DNA of 64,000 nt from Scleropages formosus (taxonomy: Eukaryota): contig NC_041813.1 in assembly GCF_900964775.1 (NCBI RefSeq), positions 31,864,960 to 31,928,959 of the forward strand. The letters are read 5' to 3'. Within the stretch, counting starts at the first letter, position 1. The number at the start of each line of letters is the position of its first letter. Below, one piece after another: positions 32,543 through 51,981 of this stretch. The position numbers were made by a program, and so were the translations under genes. The notes below the pieces were generated by a model. It made no database searches, had not been told where the DNA came from, and saw nothing but the letters and a program-made list of their open reading frames with translations.

Positions 32543-34079
32543 CACAATGATGTCATCCAGGTGGGTGAACAGAAGCGGCATCTCCTTACTGCACCATGCA
32601 AAGGTCCAGCTTCAGTTCCTTCCGCTTGCTGTGTAGTGTAAAAAAAAAAAAAGGAAAGAAAAAGCACACATTTACATGCATGTTTTACACAGACAGGTAA
32701 AAACTGTCAGGCCCAGGGGAAACTGCACACGGCTACAGCACTGTAAAGTACAGCAGCACGGTGACGGGGACACAAATAAGCGGAGAAAGTAACAAGTATT
32801 GCAGACAGTGCTGAAAGTTCCATAAAATGCATGGGGTGCGTTGAACAGTTGCGCAAGTCGTGGCTCGGCACCGCTCGGGTTTGCCTTCTGCTCTTTCTCC
32901 GATTTTCAAGCCGAAAGGAAGGCCAGTGAACGCGTCGCGTCGCCCCGGGGGCAGTCGGCGGGCCTGGGCTCAGATCCAACCCACCGCTGTGGCGTCTGTC
33001 TCTCGTGGGCCAGCGTGAGCACGCGTCCCTCGCCATCCTTGGCACGTAACTGCTGTGCCACCTTCCCTAAAGGAAGGAGACCCCTGCTGCGCTGGTCGTC
33101 ACCTGCCGTTGGGATTTCGTCCCTTCTCGCGCCCGAAGAAACGCCCATCTTTCCCGAACACACTTGAGCTCCGGGCACGAATAAGGTGCTCCGCTTTTCT
33201 TTGTAGATGATCGCTGTGTTTCCTGTCCCTCTGCTCCAATAAACACACTCTTAAAACACCGCCTGCACGACTTGTTGTACAGCCGTCATCCCGGCTTCGG
33301 ACACGTCGGTATTTTATTGCCGGCAGCCCGTCTTCAGTCAAGGTACTGTTGAGAGAGAGCGGTAAGAAAAGCGACCGAGCTTTGAAGGGAGACCGGAGAG
33401 ACGGTTCACCTCCTTTAGAGAAAGACTCGAATGGAAAACGTTCACTTTTAATCCCAAGTTCAGGCCACTGTACTTAACTCCACCGAAGGCCTCAATTTGA
33501 GCAGGCCTCGACCCCACTCCCTAAAGGACACTCTCACATTACACTTAATTCTCCAACGTAAGGTGCGGAGGGGCCACTTTTGTGCATTACACGAATATCC
33601 TGAAATCTTAGGCTATTGAAAAGGCCGTTTCTAGGATCACTTGGAACTACTGACGTAGAAACGAGCTCGGACATCTTTACCGTAATACCTAGGGTACGGG
33701 ACCCACATGAACTTCGTCAAGCTTACTTCAGTAGTAGAGTGTGTGATGCAGTGTTGGGATTAGTACACCTTTGGAAGTATTTTGTGGAATGACAAGTAAA
33801 ACCCTTAACGGCGAATATTTAACAAGTAAGTATGACAATCTCTAGCGAGCACAGCGGTGACGGACAGGGAGTTTTATCCCGAAAGCTGGACGTTCAAGCA
33901 GCAATTTACTCTCTCGGATTTGCTCATCAATAATACCCAGCAATCCCCAAGTGTAACACTGAAATGGTGCGAGCCGTTCTGGATAAAAGCCGGCTGAACG
34001 AAGAATTTAAACACTGTTGTCGTATATAGTCAAGAAGAAAGTGTCGCCGATTCTCTGTTGATTACGGCAATCGTCAGTC

Positions 34080-34195
34080 GCGAGCTCTCCGTTGGACAGT
34101 CGCGCCACAAGGAAGCGGTAGTGCGGGCGCGCGCGCGCCAATGGGCTGAGCCCCCTTCTTCCTACGAGCTCCTGCATGAAGTAGCGACTGAAAAC
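34080..34195 (+). promoter_or_regulatory. CpG-rich promoter / 5'UTR of zinc-finger gene B
   Basis: gcgggcgcgcgcgcgccaatgggctgagcc. Contains a CCAAT box. Confidence 0.4.
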
Positions 34196-34376
34196 ATGAA
34201 GAAATTGCAGCTTTTGAACGAATACCTGACGGAACGGCTCATGGTGACCGTGCGGGACATACTGGAGGTGGTGGGAGCCACGGTTATGGAGTATCGAGAG
34301 GAAACGGCCCGGACGCACCGGGAGAACGAGCTCCTGAGGCGGAGGCTGAGGGAAGCTGGACTGCGGGAGCCCGGCG
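34196..34376 (+). CDS. ZNF gene B exon 1
   Basis: ATG at 34196. Donor CCCGGCG|gtgagtgtgagtgtgagtgtgag. Confidence 0.85.
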
Positions 34377-34391
34377 GTGAGTGTGAGTGTG

Positions 34392-34429
<38 letters not shown>

Positions 34430-34713
34430 CGCGCGCGCGCGCGCGCTCGTCCTGCAGCACGAGCCCGACGGAGCACCGAACCGCCCGGGCCGTGACTCCT
34501 CTTGTGTGACCGTAGCGTAGTAGTTGCACGGTTTCGCGCGCGGCGTCCCGTGGCTCCCCCCCATGACCCGATCCACGCACGCCGGGACCGGCGTTATCAT
34601 CATGTGTCCGATGGGAAGAAAGTTACTCGTAGGGACGCAGAGCCCTTCGCAGGGGGTCTGTCTATGTTGAGTAGGCGTGTGGGCGGTTCCGCTGAGCGAT
34701 GATGAGCCCGTGT

Positions 34714-34750
<37 letters not shown>

Positions 34751-36148
34751 CAGTTCAACACTGTACCGCGGTTGCATCCCAAGGTCACTGCCAGTCTGAG
34801 TTCTACATAAGCCTTATGATAAGGAAGTGATGTCTGCGCCCGATGTTTCGTAGTCTAGCTGCTTTTAAACGATTTAAATAATAAACTTGTCGTGGCCCTT
34901 CGTTGACACAGGAAGAGTACAGGGTTAGTGGTGTGGAGAGCTGTGTTCTCGGTGACACTTCTCAGTGCGAGGCGACATCTTTAATGCCGGTCTCACTTTG
35001 CCAACACTTCAGTTGTATCTGAACACCAGACTCCAAAAGTCATTTCACTGATTGCTGCCTTCACTGATGAACTTGTCACCCACCTTTACATTTGTGGTGG
35101 TGGTGTGTGAGATGTTAGCAGTTCGGAAAGCGGCGCAGACAGCAGACGGCTTTGCGCGAGCATCACCTGTGTCCTCTGTTCCTATTCAGAAGCGGACCAG
35201 TCCATCTTGCCCCCTGTCCCTGGCACAGGGTCCCCCACGAGACGGGAGGCTGCCGGGCTGGATTGGAACTCCCTGCGGGAACAGGACACCGAGACGACAC
35301 CTGTCGATGGAAAGCGAGACCTGCACGGTCACGTTATTCCTCTTGGAGTGACAACGAGGCGAGATTCACGAGAGCTGCCCGAGTCTGACTGGACAGCGGG
35401 ACGCAGAAAGCTGACTTCTGGTGGTCCGGGATTCAGACCTGCCTGCCGTAAAAATGACCAAGGTCAGGATGCTGTTGAGCTCTCGGATCTTTTTAAGATA
35501 AAAATCATGAGTCCTGCAGAAGTGGACTCTCAGCCTAATGTGGAGTCAGGCCCGTTTAAAACGGAACCGAACGGAACGAACTTGAGTGGCGCCGATGAGT
35601 CTGGCAACCTGAGAAGCGCCGAAGAGCCGAACGTCAGCGAGGTCGTAGGTGAATGTACGTCGTGGACTGAAACCCAGTCGACTCGGGGCCGTCTGAGGCA
35701 GGTCAGGGCGAAGAGGTCGCACTCCTGCCCGCAGTGCGGGAAGACGTTCAGTCACGTGTCGCGCCTGAAGATACATTTACGCATTCACACGGGAGAAAAA
35801 CCGTACAGCTGCACGCAGTGTGGGAAGTGTTTCAACAATGACGGCACACTCAAAAACCATCAGAGGGTTCACACAGAAGTGAGGCTGTTCAGCTGCGTCC
35901 AGTGCGGCATGAGTTTTAAGGACGCATATACCTGTAAGAAACACCAGAGAGTGCACACGGGGGCCCGGCTGTACTGCTGCTCCCTTTGCGGAGAGCAGTT
36001 GAATGATGCAGTCTGTCTGCAACATCACATTAGAACACACACTGAAGACACACCGTATTCCTGCACCTTGTGCGGAAAACATTTCACTGATGTCAGCAAA
36101 CTCAATAAGCACTTCAGGAGTCATGCAAGAGAGGACACTTACAGCTGA
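34196..36148 (+). CDS. C2H2 zinc-finger protein, tandem paralogue of gene A (FiNZ-like). Gene B, 2 coding exons.
   Basis: Exon 1 is 34196-34376 (MKKLQLLNEYLTERLMVTVRDILEVVGATVMEYREETARTHRENELLRRRLREAGLREPG). Its donor lies in a (GTGAGT)4(GT)n tract. Exon 2 is 35190-36148, with five C2H2 fingers (HSCPQCGKTFSHVSRLKIHLRIH ... YSCTLCGKHFTDVSKLNKHFRSH) and a TGA stop. The splice phase is the same G|AA as in gene A. AATAAA at about 36814. Confidence 0.88.
34377..34445. repeat. (GTGAGT)4-(GT)n-(GC)n compound repeat starting at the exon-1 donor of ZNF gene B
   Basis: gtgagtgtgagtgtgagtgtgagtgtgtgtgtgtgtgtgtgtgtgtgcgtgcgcgcgcgcgcgcgc. Confidence 0.9.
35190..36148 (+). CDS. ZNF gene B exon 2
   Basis: Acceptor cctattcag|AAGCGGACC. 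The frame is open to the TGA at 36146. Confidence 0.88.
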
Positions 36149-36813
36149 ATACCCTGAAAATCAGTCTGGAGCACACTCTCAGCTTCATAACAAGAATAGT
36201 AATAAGAATGAGCTTAGTCATCCTTCATACCAGATACCTAAGTTTAGTACGCTGATTGCTCACAAAGATACATTTATTTTTATTCTTAAAAAGGCTTTAT
36301 TAATAATCATTTTTATAGTTGGAAAGAAGATGTCACATCCTGCAAGCGTTCTCTGTAAAGTCTTGCGGAACACACACGTACTCTACTTAAGGCGAAAAGG
36401 GGTGTAAGGCAAGTGCTGTTGTCATTTTTAAATCTTCAAACTACTCTGAATCAAACACACACTAACCTTTTACAGACTTTATTTTGTAATGATTATTAGC
36501 ACCTGAATGTCTGATGAAAAGTCCAGTTTTGCTAATTATGAGGATAATTCGGATGCTGACAGTACTTGTAATTTATGTTGACGTTGATTTTTCAGATGTG
36601 TGACACTTAAATGTAGGTGGTCAAAAGGGAACTAATTATTACTTGTCAAAATTGTTGTTTTTGGCGAGGCAGGATGGGAATGTGTGGCAGCATTTGAAAA
36701 AATGTGATTTGGAAAATAGCTCCTTCTGTTTTCGAGGACAACTTATGTAAAAAAAATTTTCACATTAAATATGATTGGAATGTTGCTTGGAAGTAAGCTG
36801 CTGAATACCATTT

Positions 36814-36819
36814 AATAAA
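36814..36819 (+). terminator. AATAAA polyadenylation signal, ZNF gene B
   Basis: ccatttaataaatgggtg, about 665 nt after the TGA. Confidence 0.4.
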
Positions 36820-38094
36820 TGGGTGTAAGATTTCAGTGCCTTGAAGACTGCGCATATATATTAAAGTGTTTTAAAGAAAATTCCTGATTAATATTCCACA
36901 TGAAATGACCCGTGGGAAGCTGACTCTGATACTACCCTGCACTGATCTTTGAGCCACTTGCATGATCGATACCAGGGTCACAAAATGTGATTAAACTTAG
37001 TTTGGGTAGTTTTGGTCATCTTTAGTTCAGTTTTTTCCTGAGGCCCAACTATGATTCAGGCAGCACTGTTAATAAACAGCCTTGAGAATCCAAGACAAGC
37101 TGATATAGCACATACAAGCAGTCCAGCATGTACTTCTTTCTGCTGCTTGCTTTCAAAAATGTCATTTTTTTTTGCTTTTATTTCCTGTCACGACACCCTT
37201 TGTGCCTTCAGTAGTTTTTACAAAATACCAGCAAAGACCCAGTGGACAGCCATGCAATCGCTTTGCTCTGAAATCAGGGTGAACACCTCATGACCAGGAA
37301 AGAATAAACTTGTTCTTCTTCTCATTGCAATGTGATTTGAACCTTAATAATTTCACAAGGGATGAGAAGAAAAACCACTGGGGCCTCTGGAGAGTCATGT
37401 CAAAGGCGTTAATGTAATGAAATTATTCTGGCACTAAACCAGAATTTTCTTGCTTGTACTCAAAATAACCTATAAGATAACAACTGCAAGAAATTTAATG
37501 TATGGCCAAAACTGAACGGCATAGTTTTTTTGGGGCTCATGCTTGGTCAAACACTCATGTTGTCTGTTATTTTAGTTCTGTAATGTTTGCATTAAATACC
37601 TGTATGTACACAGTTACAAATATCTGGATCTGAATTTTTTCACAGAATGCTCTTCATGCCATATCACACTTCTGATGCCTTGTCTGTATTATTAATGGAT
37701 AAAATGCAGCTTTCCTTGCTGTGTGCTCTGGACACTGTTTTCGAGCTCTGCTTTCCACTCATTCTTCCACCTGTCCTTCCCAAGCTGGCTGTGAGCGCTC
37801 TCTAGGCTTACAGTGAAAGAGCCAGTTGCGGTGAGCAGACGCTTCCACGGGCACCATGGCTTGCAGATGCTGCCGAAATCTTGGTATGTGCCTTTCAAAA
37901 ATCTCTATATTAATTAATTAATTTTTGAGCATCAGCTAAACCTTGGCTCTGACAGTTAGGACATTTTTGAACTGCCAGAAAGTAAGAATTCTTGTGTATT
38001 TCCAAGCTTGTAAAGTACGGTGTAAGTAAGTACTTTTCACCACGAGGGGGCAGAAGTGTTTTCACCTGGAAAAAATACTTTTCGATGCTTTTTA

Positions 38095-38220
38095 ATATGA
38101 CTGCATGCTTGCGACGGACTGGCGTCCCGTCCTGGGTGTGTCCCCTCCCCCTCTGGCCTTACGCCCTGTGTTGCCGGGTAGGCTCCGGTTCCCCGTGACC
38201 CCGTATGGGACAAGCGGTTC
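38095..38220 (+). mobile_element. SINE family A fragment (tail region)
   Basis: gcgacggactggcgtcccgtcctgggtgtgtcccctccccctctggccttacgccctgtgttgccgggtaggctccggttccccgtgaccc. Immediately followed by a (GT)21 tract. Confidence 0.6.
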
Positions 38221-38223
38221 TGA

Positions 38224-38225
<2 letters not shown>

Positions 38226-38267
<42 letters not shown>
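38226..38267. repeat. (GT)21 microsatellite
   Basis: Follows the SINE fragment. Confidence 0.9.
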
Positions 38268-38269
<2 letters not shown>

Positions 38270-39982
38270 ATGTTGAGACCCGAAGAATGCATTCTCTGTG
38301 AAGAAAATAGCTGACTCCAGAGCTCGATCAACACATTTAACTGAATAATTTTTCTCTTCAACATAAAATGCTCCCCTGAAAGCAGTGTTTTTGTTGACAG
38401 AACCCAGTGATGAACTGTTGAGCTTCACGTGGGGGTTGGATGACGCAAAGTGGCTCCTAAGCGTATTGCTTTCAGGCCCTTGTATGGAGTCATCCCACAG
38501 GCAGCTTTCTGCATCCATTTCTAAAGGACCCGTTTTCCCCACCTTTGAAAGGACCCTTTGGAAGTTGTGTTTTCCTGGAAAGCTGATGAAAGCCGCGGTA
38601 CGTGAGTGTTTAAGTTGCGTGCTGAGGTTTGCTGTATGCACACAGGATTCCCCTGCTAGTGTAACTGCAAGAAGTGATGCAAAGAAACTCACTTGGTCCT
38701 GCATTCCAAATATACTTTATATATTCAACAATAGCATTCCAAATCCATTTATGTTTCATAAACACACACACACACACACAGATAGAAATATAAACATCAC
38801 TGTCTTCCAGAATGGAAACCATAGCAGTATGAACAAAGAGGCATTTTCCGAGATTCACAGTCATACACGCAGTCAGCACTGAAATCACACACAGAATCAC
38901 AGCAGGACCCAGTAATGCTGAAAATGCCCCCTTTCATGTGTCGCTCGACGACATAATGAGCACATGCTTTATTTAAAACATGAAGCTCTTGTTATGTCCT
39001 GTTATCATGGTAATCGGACGACTTAAACCAGTGTCAAGAAGCATCCCTCTCAACCTTTAAGAGCATCATAACCAGCAAGTGCAGCAGCACAACAAATGAA
39101 ATACTGACCGGAATGTGGCAAATATCGAGAGTACACCGAGCATCAGGACAGGGATGGGGACCGGGTTAGTTAGTTCATTTTTACCACCGAGCAGAGGCAG
39201 TTTTCCGTACTTTACACGCACACGTCCACATGGAAGAACTGGCTGATATCCTTTTGATCGTTAGCGAACTATTGATGTACAGCATTTGATGTCTATTATT
39301 TGTGGTTTCTGGAAGCATTGCTGAACAGTCTTCACTCTTGGGGAGGAAAGGGTCGGTCAGGTAAACCGGAAGGTATCACTAATTAGTAGTGATAATATGG
39401 TATCTATGAAAACAGACCTGGAGCAGTGCAAAATACTGCAATGGTTGCATTAGTTTTGACTATTTTCGTAGCGAAATAAACATGACATAATGTGATAATG
39501 GAGCAAAAAAGAAGTACATTTTTGCCATTCCTTTGCTGCCAATAAATGAAAATTCCTCCTCCTTTTTCTTGGTGGCTATACATGAGGAGCGCATAGAAAT
39601 GTGTAATTGTTTCATATTATTAAAATACTTGATTTCATATTTGTACAGCACAGGGGGTGGTGTTATAGACATTCATGATTATAATTTACATAACTGATTT
39701 GCTTGGGCCTGTCCTACATCAGGTTGATTGGTATTCATGCTACTGAACTGAGTAATCTGGGCAAAAGCAGTGAAAAATATTACAAAACCTTATTGCTGAT
39801 GTGCTGTCAGTTTTGCTTCATCTTTAAAATTTCCATGATGTTGCCATTTTTAAAAAGGATTTGGGCGAAATCTGATTTGACTGCGTTGGATTCCCTCAAA
39901 ATGTGGATTCGTCGTTGAGAGGCCAGTAAACGCAGTGTTACATCGTACCCTCATGTGACACGCACGCAGAGCACGCCGCCAC

Positions 39983-46663
<6,681 letters not shown>

Positions 46664-46782
46664 TCAGGAATGCTCATTCATTGCATACAACACAGCGCGC
46701 ATACACACACACACGTGAGAGGCCGAGATGCTGGTTGGTAATGAATATTTCTCTGGAAATGATTCAGTCCCGGCACATTTCC

Positions 46783-46812
46783 AGGTGGTGGTGGTGGTGG
46801 TGGTGGTGGTGG
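46783..46812. repeat. (GGT)10 microsatellite upstream of doc2a
   Basis: ggtggtggtggtggtggtggtggtgg. Confidence 0.85.
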
Positions 46813-47480
46813 AGGGGGGGCAGCATCAGCTCAAGCTAATCCCTCATTTTAATGTCAACAGAGAGCTGTCAGCCCTCAAAGTGTTCACTTGAGGCATCTT
46901 TAATCCTATGACAACGGAGGCGATGAGAAAAACAAGGCGAGAAGAAAAGTAATAAATGTGAGCAACAGTGGCAGTCGGTGCTCAGACTGAGCTCTGCCTC
47001 AACGTCAAGGGCCTCCGTACCACAAGTTGGAGGACAGACAAGTTGTGCCACATTCGCTGTCTCGGTGAACACTGGTGTACGCACGCACGCACCCACGCGC
47101 ACACACAAATACGCTCTCTTTCTTGCTCTCACGCTCTGTCCTGGTCCTCGTGCTCCTCCATCACCAGCTCCGGTCTCTGGAGATCAGCTCCCTCCCAGTG
47201 GCACCTCTCTCCATCCCTCTGCCAGTGTCTGTCTCACCGGCACCGGTGTTGCTGCTCACAGAGAGGAGTACCCGTTATGTTACCTGTGAAGCAGTCAGTC
47301 CGTTGGCTCGTGATCGTGCCTCACTGTCGTTCGCATTTTCGCTTCTTGATGTAAAGATGAAAAGAAGCCAGGAGAGGCGGCACAGGCAGACAGGGGTCTT
47401 TCATGCAACATTTCCAGCTGCAAAGTGATTATCATTTAAACCTGAGTCCCAGGTGACAGGTAAGGCAACGGAGCAGAAGA

Positions 47481-47720
47481 GGATAAACCCTTGTGCTCTA
47501 GCATCACACAGTCTGGCTGCTGTGCTTAGCTCTGAGATGCTCTGAGAAGCTCCAAGAACACCTGAGAAGCTCTGAGACACTGAGAATCCACGAGAAAAGC
47601 TGAGAAGCTCTGGGATGCTCTGAGACATTCTGAAAATCGCCCCAAAAAAACCTAAGGAGCTCTGAGAGGCTTCAAGATGGTCTGAGAAGCTCTGAGATGC
47701 TCTGAGACACAGTGAGATGC
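47481..47720. repeat. Degenerate minisatellite, about 20 copies of a 10-12 bp unit (GCTCTGAGAWGC)
   Basis: gctctgagatgctctgagaagctccaagaacacctgagaagctctgagacactgagaatccacgagaaaagctgagaagctctgggatgctctgagacattctgaaaatcgc...ggtctgagaagctctgagatgctctgagacacagtgagatgc. Confidence 0.8.
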
Positions 47721-48262
47721 GCCGAGGGTCACATGCAAGTTGCAGACACAGATAGAGATAGAGGGAGAGACTGCAGGGAAGAGAGGGAAAGAGGAGGAGG
47801 GAGAGGTTTGGGTGTGGAAGGAGAACACTGATCGACTGAGAGAAAAGGTAGCAGAAAGATGACTAGAGATGCAAAAGGTATGAAACAGAGTAGAGCGAAG
47901 ACAGCAGTAAAGGTGAACACAGAAAGGCTTCCGTGATCATTTAAACATCTCTTTCTTACCTGAGCGACAGGCGCAATGTGAAAAAGTCCGGTGAGAACGG
48001 ATGGATCCTAGAGCAGGCGGAGCGCACTAACAGGTGGCTGAAAACACAGCGCAGCGCAAGAGGAGGTGGAGGAGGAGGAGGAAACGAAGAAGAAGAGAAG
48101 CAGAGCAGCTGTCAGAGAGTATGGAGAACTGAATGAAGGGGCCAAAAGACAAAGTTGCAATGGAGGCAGGAGAGACGGAGGACGGGAGATGAGGGACAAC
48201 ACAGGGACGGTCTTCTCAGAGGGGAGCAGCACAGTGTGAGATTTTTCCTCGAGAATCTGTTT

Positions 48263-48294
<32 letters not shown>

Positions 48295-51200
48295 CGAGGC
48301 AGTCTGCCTGCCCCCCCCTCCTCCCCCGCCCCTCTCACTCGCTCTCTCTCTGTCTCTTTCACAAACACAGCCCCTGCCCCCCACCCCCTGGCCCTCGCTC
48401 CCTCTCCTTTGCGGTTCGCACATTTCGCAATATCCTTTCGGCGCGCATGCATTAATCCTCACTGTCAGCGGTAATGAGCGGCCCTGGTCGAAGCGCACCT
48501 TTCTGTCACACAGCCCCTTCCTCCTTCCATTCCCACGGTGCCACGCGTAATGATGTCAGTATGCCGTACCACAGTCATCTTTTCTTCCACTTTGACCACT
48601 TTCTCCGTGTCATGAGGACTTGAGACACCTCTGTGCTGGAAGTGATCATGTTGCATCGAACCCTTGCGTAGGGGTGAGGTTGCCATTACGAGGGTCTCCT
48701 CTCCTCCACTTGTCTCCTCCTGTGCCGTGACAGCAGTCAGCGAGGGGACATCTACCAGTCACTGAGACGGTGGGGGCTTATTCCCTACTTCTGCATGCTC
48801 CAACTTCTCTCAGTTCTCATCCCCCCCCCCCCCCCCACATATGTGCATACGCACCTTCCCTCCCATTTCCGCAGGCTTTCGTCATGGTTTCTGGGGGCTT
48901 CTCTCTTTCTCACCCAACTCTCCTCACTGCGCCACCGCAAGACCTGGGAAGCGTTCGCTGCCCATCAACATCATGATTTCTCTCGAAATCACGCCAGGAA
49001 TTTAAGTAGGCAACAAGAGGCTGATGCAACAGGAGCAATTTGAAGGGAGAGCAATGCATGAAAGTGGAAAGGGGCAGCTGGAGCTGTGGGGTCGCTGACT
49101 GGCCCGATCACGTGCGGCGTCTTGCCAGCACGCCAACTGACCGCAGAAATGGGCGCCGGGAGCAGGCGAAAGATGCCATTGTGAGAGCGTGAAGGCCCCG
49201 GCGAAGGTCCGGCACCCTGTTACGCACCCGCTCAGCTCTGTCTCGAGTGTTTGCCGAAGAGCCCACAGGAGAGGCCGTTGACAGAGTCCATGTGGGGCAC
49301 AGTGCTGAGCTGTGAGGCGTCGCCACAGTGTGTTCCCGGTCCCCTCATACACACATGCAGTCGGAGCCTCCAAGACCTTAAGCAGGTGAAGAAAGGCAGA
49401 GAGCGCAATGCCGCCCATACACACACAGCCGTGACACCGCCGTGCTCCCTAGCTGTGTGTATGGCCCATTTCTATGGCCCATTTCTGTGCCCCCCCCCCG
49501 GGATGCAATCCATGCTGATCCCCATGCAGCAGCGCTCATGACTGACACCCAACGCCACGGAGCTGGTCCACACATCCCTGCACACCCACGACTGACCGAA
49601 AGTGGTCAATCTCTATGGTCTCTCAAGGAATTCTGTTGCTGGTTGCTAAGCAACAAGGGGAGCTTCGAAATCATTGGTAATATAATTGGGTTGGGTTGGG
49701 TTGTGGGGCTATAAAAGAATGAAGTCATTACCTAGAGGGGGGAATAAATGGATTACATGTAAAATGCCACGAAAATCTCTGATTGTGGCTATTGTGACTA
49801 TCTGCTCTCTGTTTCACGTTTTGAATCTCTGATTGCTTGTAAGGATCAAATCACGTCGGACTGATTTTATTGTAACCCTTCGTTAAATACTCAATTTACA
49901 GTCTTTTTTTTAATTCAACTGTTAGCAATCAATGAACCTATATGACAGTGGCATTATTATTATTATTACTACTACTACTACTACAGTCATTCATATTAAA
50001 TTCTGTCTTTGGCAAAATGTTTCTCAAAGTCATTTTGTAGCAACTTTGAATATGCGATGTGGGGAAGTGAGGCCTCAGAAAAGGTAAAACTTAAGTAGAA
50101 ACTGACATTAAAACATGAGCATAAATGTTGTGCCGTTGCCGTGTTCTCTCACTCTTGGCTTCTCGGCTTGATCCAGAGGAACCAGAACTCCCCACCCATA
50201 CCATGTCCCACCTTCAGCAATTTAAAAAAAAAAAAAAACAAAAAAAAGGACAATGTGGTAAAACAGGGTAAAGAATACAGGATGATCTCAGCCTTGTCCC
50301 CTTCTGATCTCTGATCTGTTCACTTCACCAGTCTTGTTCTTACCCATAATTCTCTCTGTCTCATCCTTTGGGTGGCTGCATACAGGGAATACAGCTTTCT
50401 CAACAGAAAATTCAGAGCAAGTTCATGGAGCAGTGAGGAGATCAGGGGAGAAGTGGCTCTGAAAAAGATGTATTGACTGTTGAAAGGGATTCAGCAGCTC
50501 TGAGGGACACGGAGCTCATTCCGCCACATTGTAGTCAAAAGTGAGAACCTACAGACTTTTATTTTGGACCCTTGTTCAGTGGATAGAGGATTGAATCCTG
50601 CAGGTTTCCGGGTTCAGATCCACTGATGGTCCTGTAGGCCGTAAGCACAGCGTCCAACATGATACGGTGAAAAACAGGAAGGAAATGGAGAGAGACGAGG
50701 AGGGGAGACGTGCGAATGCTTTGGTAGGTCAGACGCAGACACGGTATTGTGCATCGGTATAGGTTTGATGGCGGAGACTGGAAGGCCAGACGGGCCAGAT
50801 GGTTTGGAGCAGGGCCGGCGTAAAGTGTGGCGTGAGGTCAGGGTGGATCCTGCGTCTCGTACCATGTTATCTGCAGGGCTGACTTGTGCCTTCGGTGTTT
50901 TGAGGGTCCTAGCTGTCATCGTGATTCCCGGGATCTCAGTCGATGAAGTAGAGGGATGGGTGAGTCGTCCACTTCAGCGAAGAGCTCAGGACATGTGCAC
51001 AGACCAGCGGGGAGGCGAAGGAACTCGATCTCGGAGACACCGAGCTGTACGTGGTTGAAAAGTGCGAGGGGTGAGATGTTCTGCACATCAATGTAAAACG
51101 TGCTACCGGGTGCGTGTTGTGTGTGTTCTCAGATCATGTATATTTCTGTAACTGATTTGAAGGGGAGGTTTGTGTGTCCAACGCGCTCAGTTTCAGCTGG

Positions 51201-51739
51201 ATGGTTGGTCAGAAAAGAACACAAATGCAGAAAACACACACACACACACACACACAGAGGTAGGTGTAAAGAGTGTTTATTTCAAAGTGAGCATGTATTT
51301 CACTGTAGTAAATGTGGGCTTGTTTTTGCCCATGACAAGCGCATCTCCTCCTCCTCCTCTTCTCATCTGTTACGCAGTCAGGTTGACGGTCCGGCTCTCG
51401 AGTCGCCGTCTCCACCTGCGCAGCGGTGTCGGCTCTTTGGGTCCAAACCCTCCAATCTGCCAGGCTCTTCACCCTGTTTCACCACGTCTCAATCTGATGG
51501 GCCTCTTCTGTAGTCTCCAGTCCGCATCTGCTCTCTGTCCATTTTGCGGTCCATCTCCAAGGCGGTTGTGGTCCTTTACCATGTTTGTCCGTCCGGGGTC
51601 ATCTGGAATGCGGTAAAACGTGGTTTCAGAATGACGAGGGAACATTGACACTAGGAAAAACTTGAAGGCAGGTGGAATAATTGAGCTTTGGAAAGAAGAA
51701 GCGCGTGCGCGCGCACACACACCTTGGTGAGTCCCCCGC

Positions 51740-51867
51740 TCACTCTTTGCCCCTCTTCTCGGACCTCTGCAGCTTCTCCGTGATCTTGCGCTCGTGCCCC
51801 GCGGGACAGTGTCGGTTCGTGTTGCAGCTGGCCTCGCGTTTTGTGCGGCCCTTGCGGCTCGCGCCAC
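51740..51867 (-). CDS. nupr1: nupr1 coding exon 2
   Basis: Acceptor tctcag|GTGGCGCG. Stop TGA at 51740-51742. Confidence 0.85.
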
Positions 51868-51901
51868 CTGAGACGGCAAAGCCAGCACCGGGGTGAAAAA
51901 A

Positions 51902-51981
<80 letters not shown>

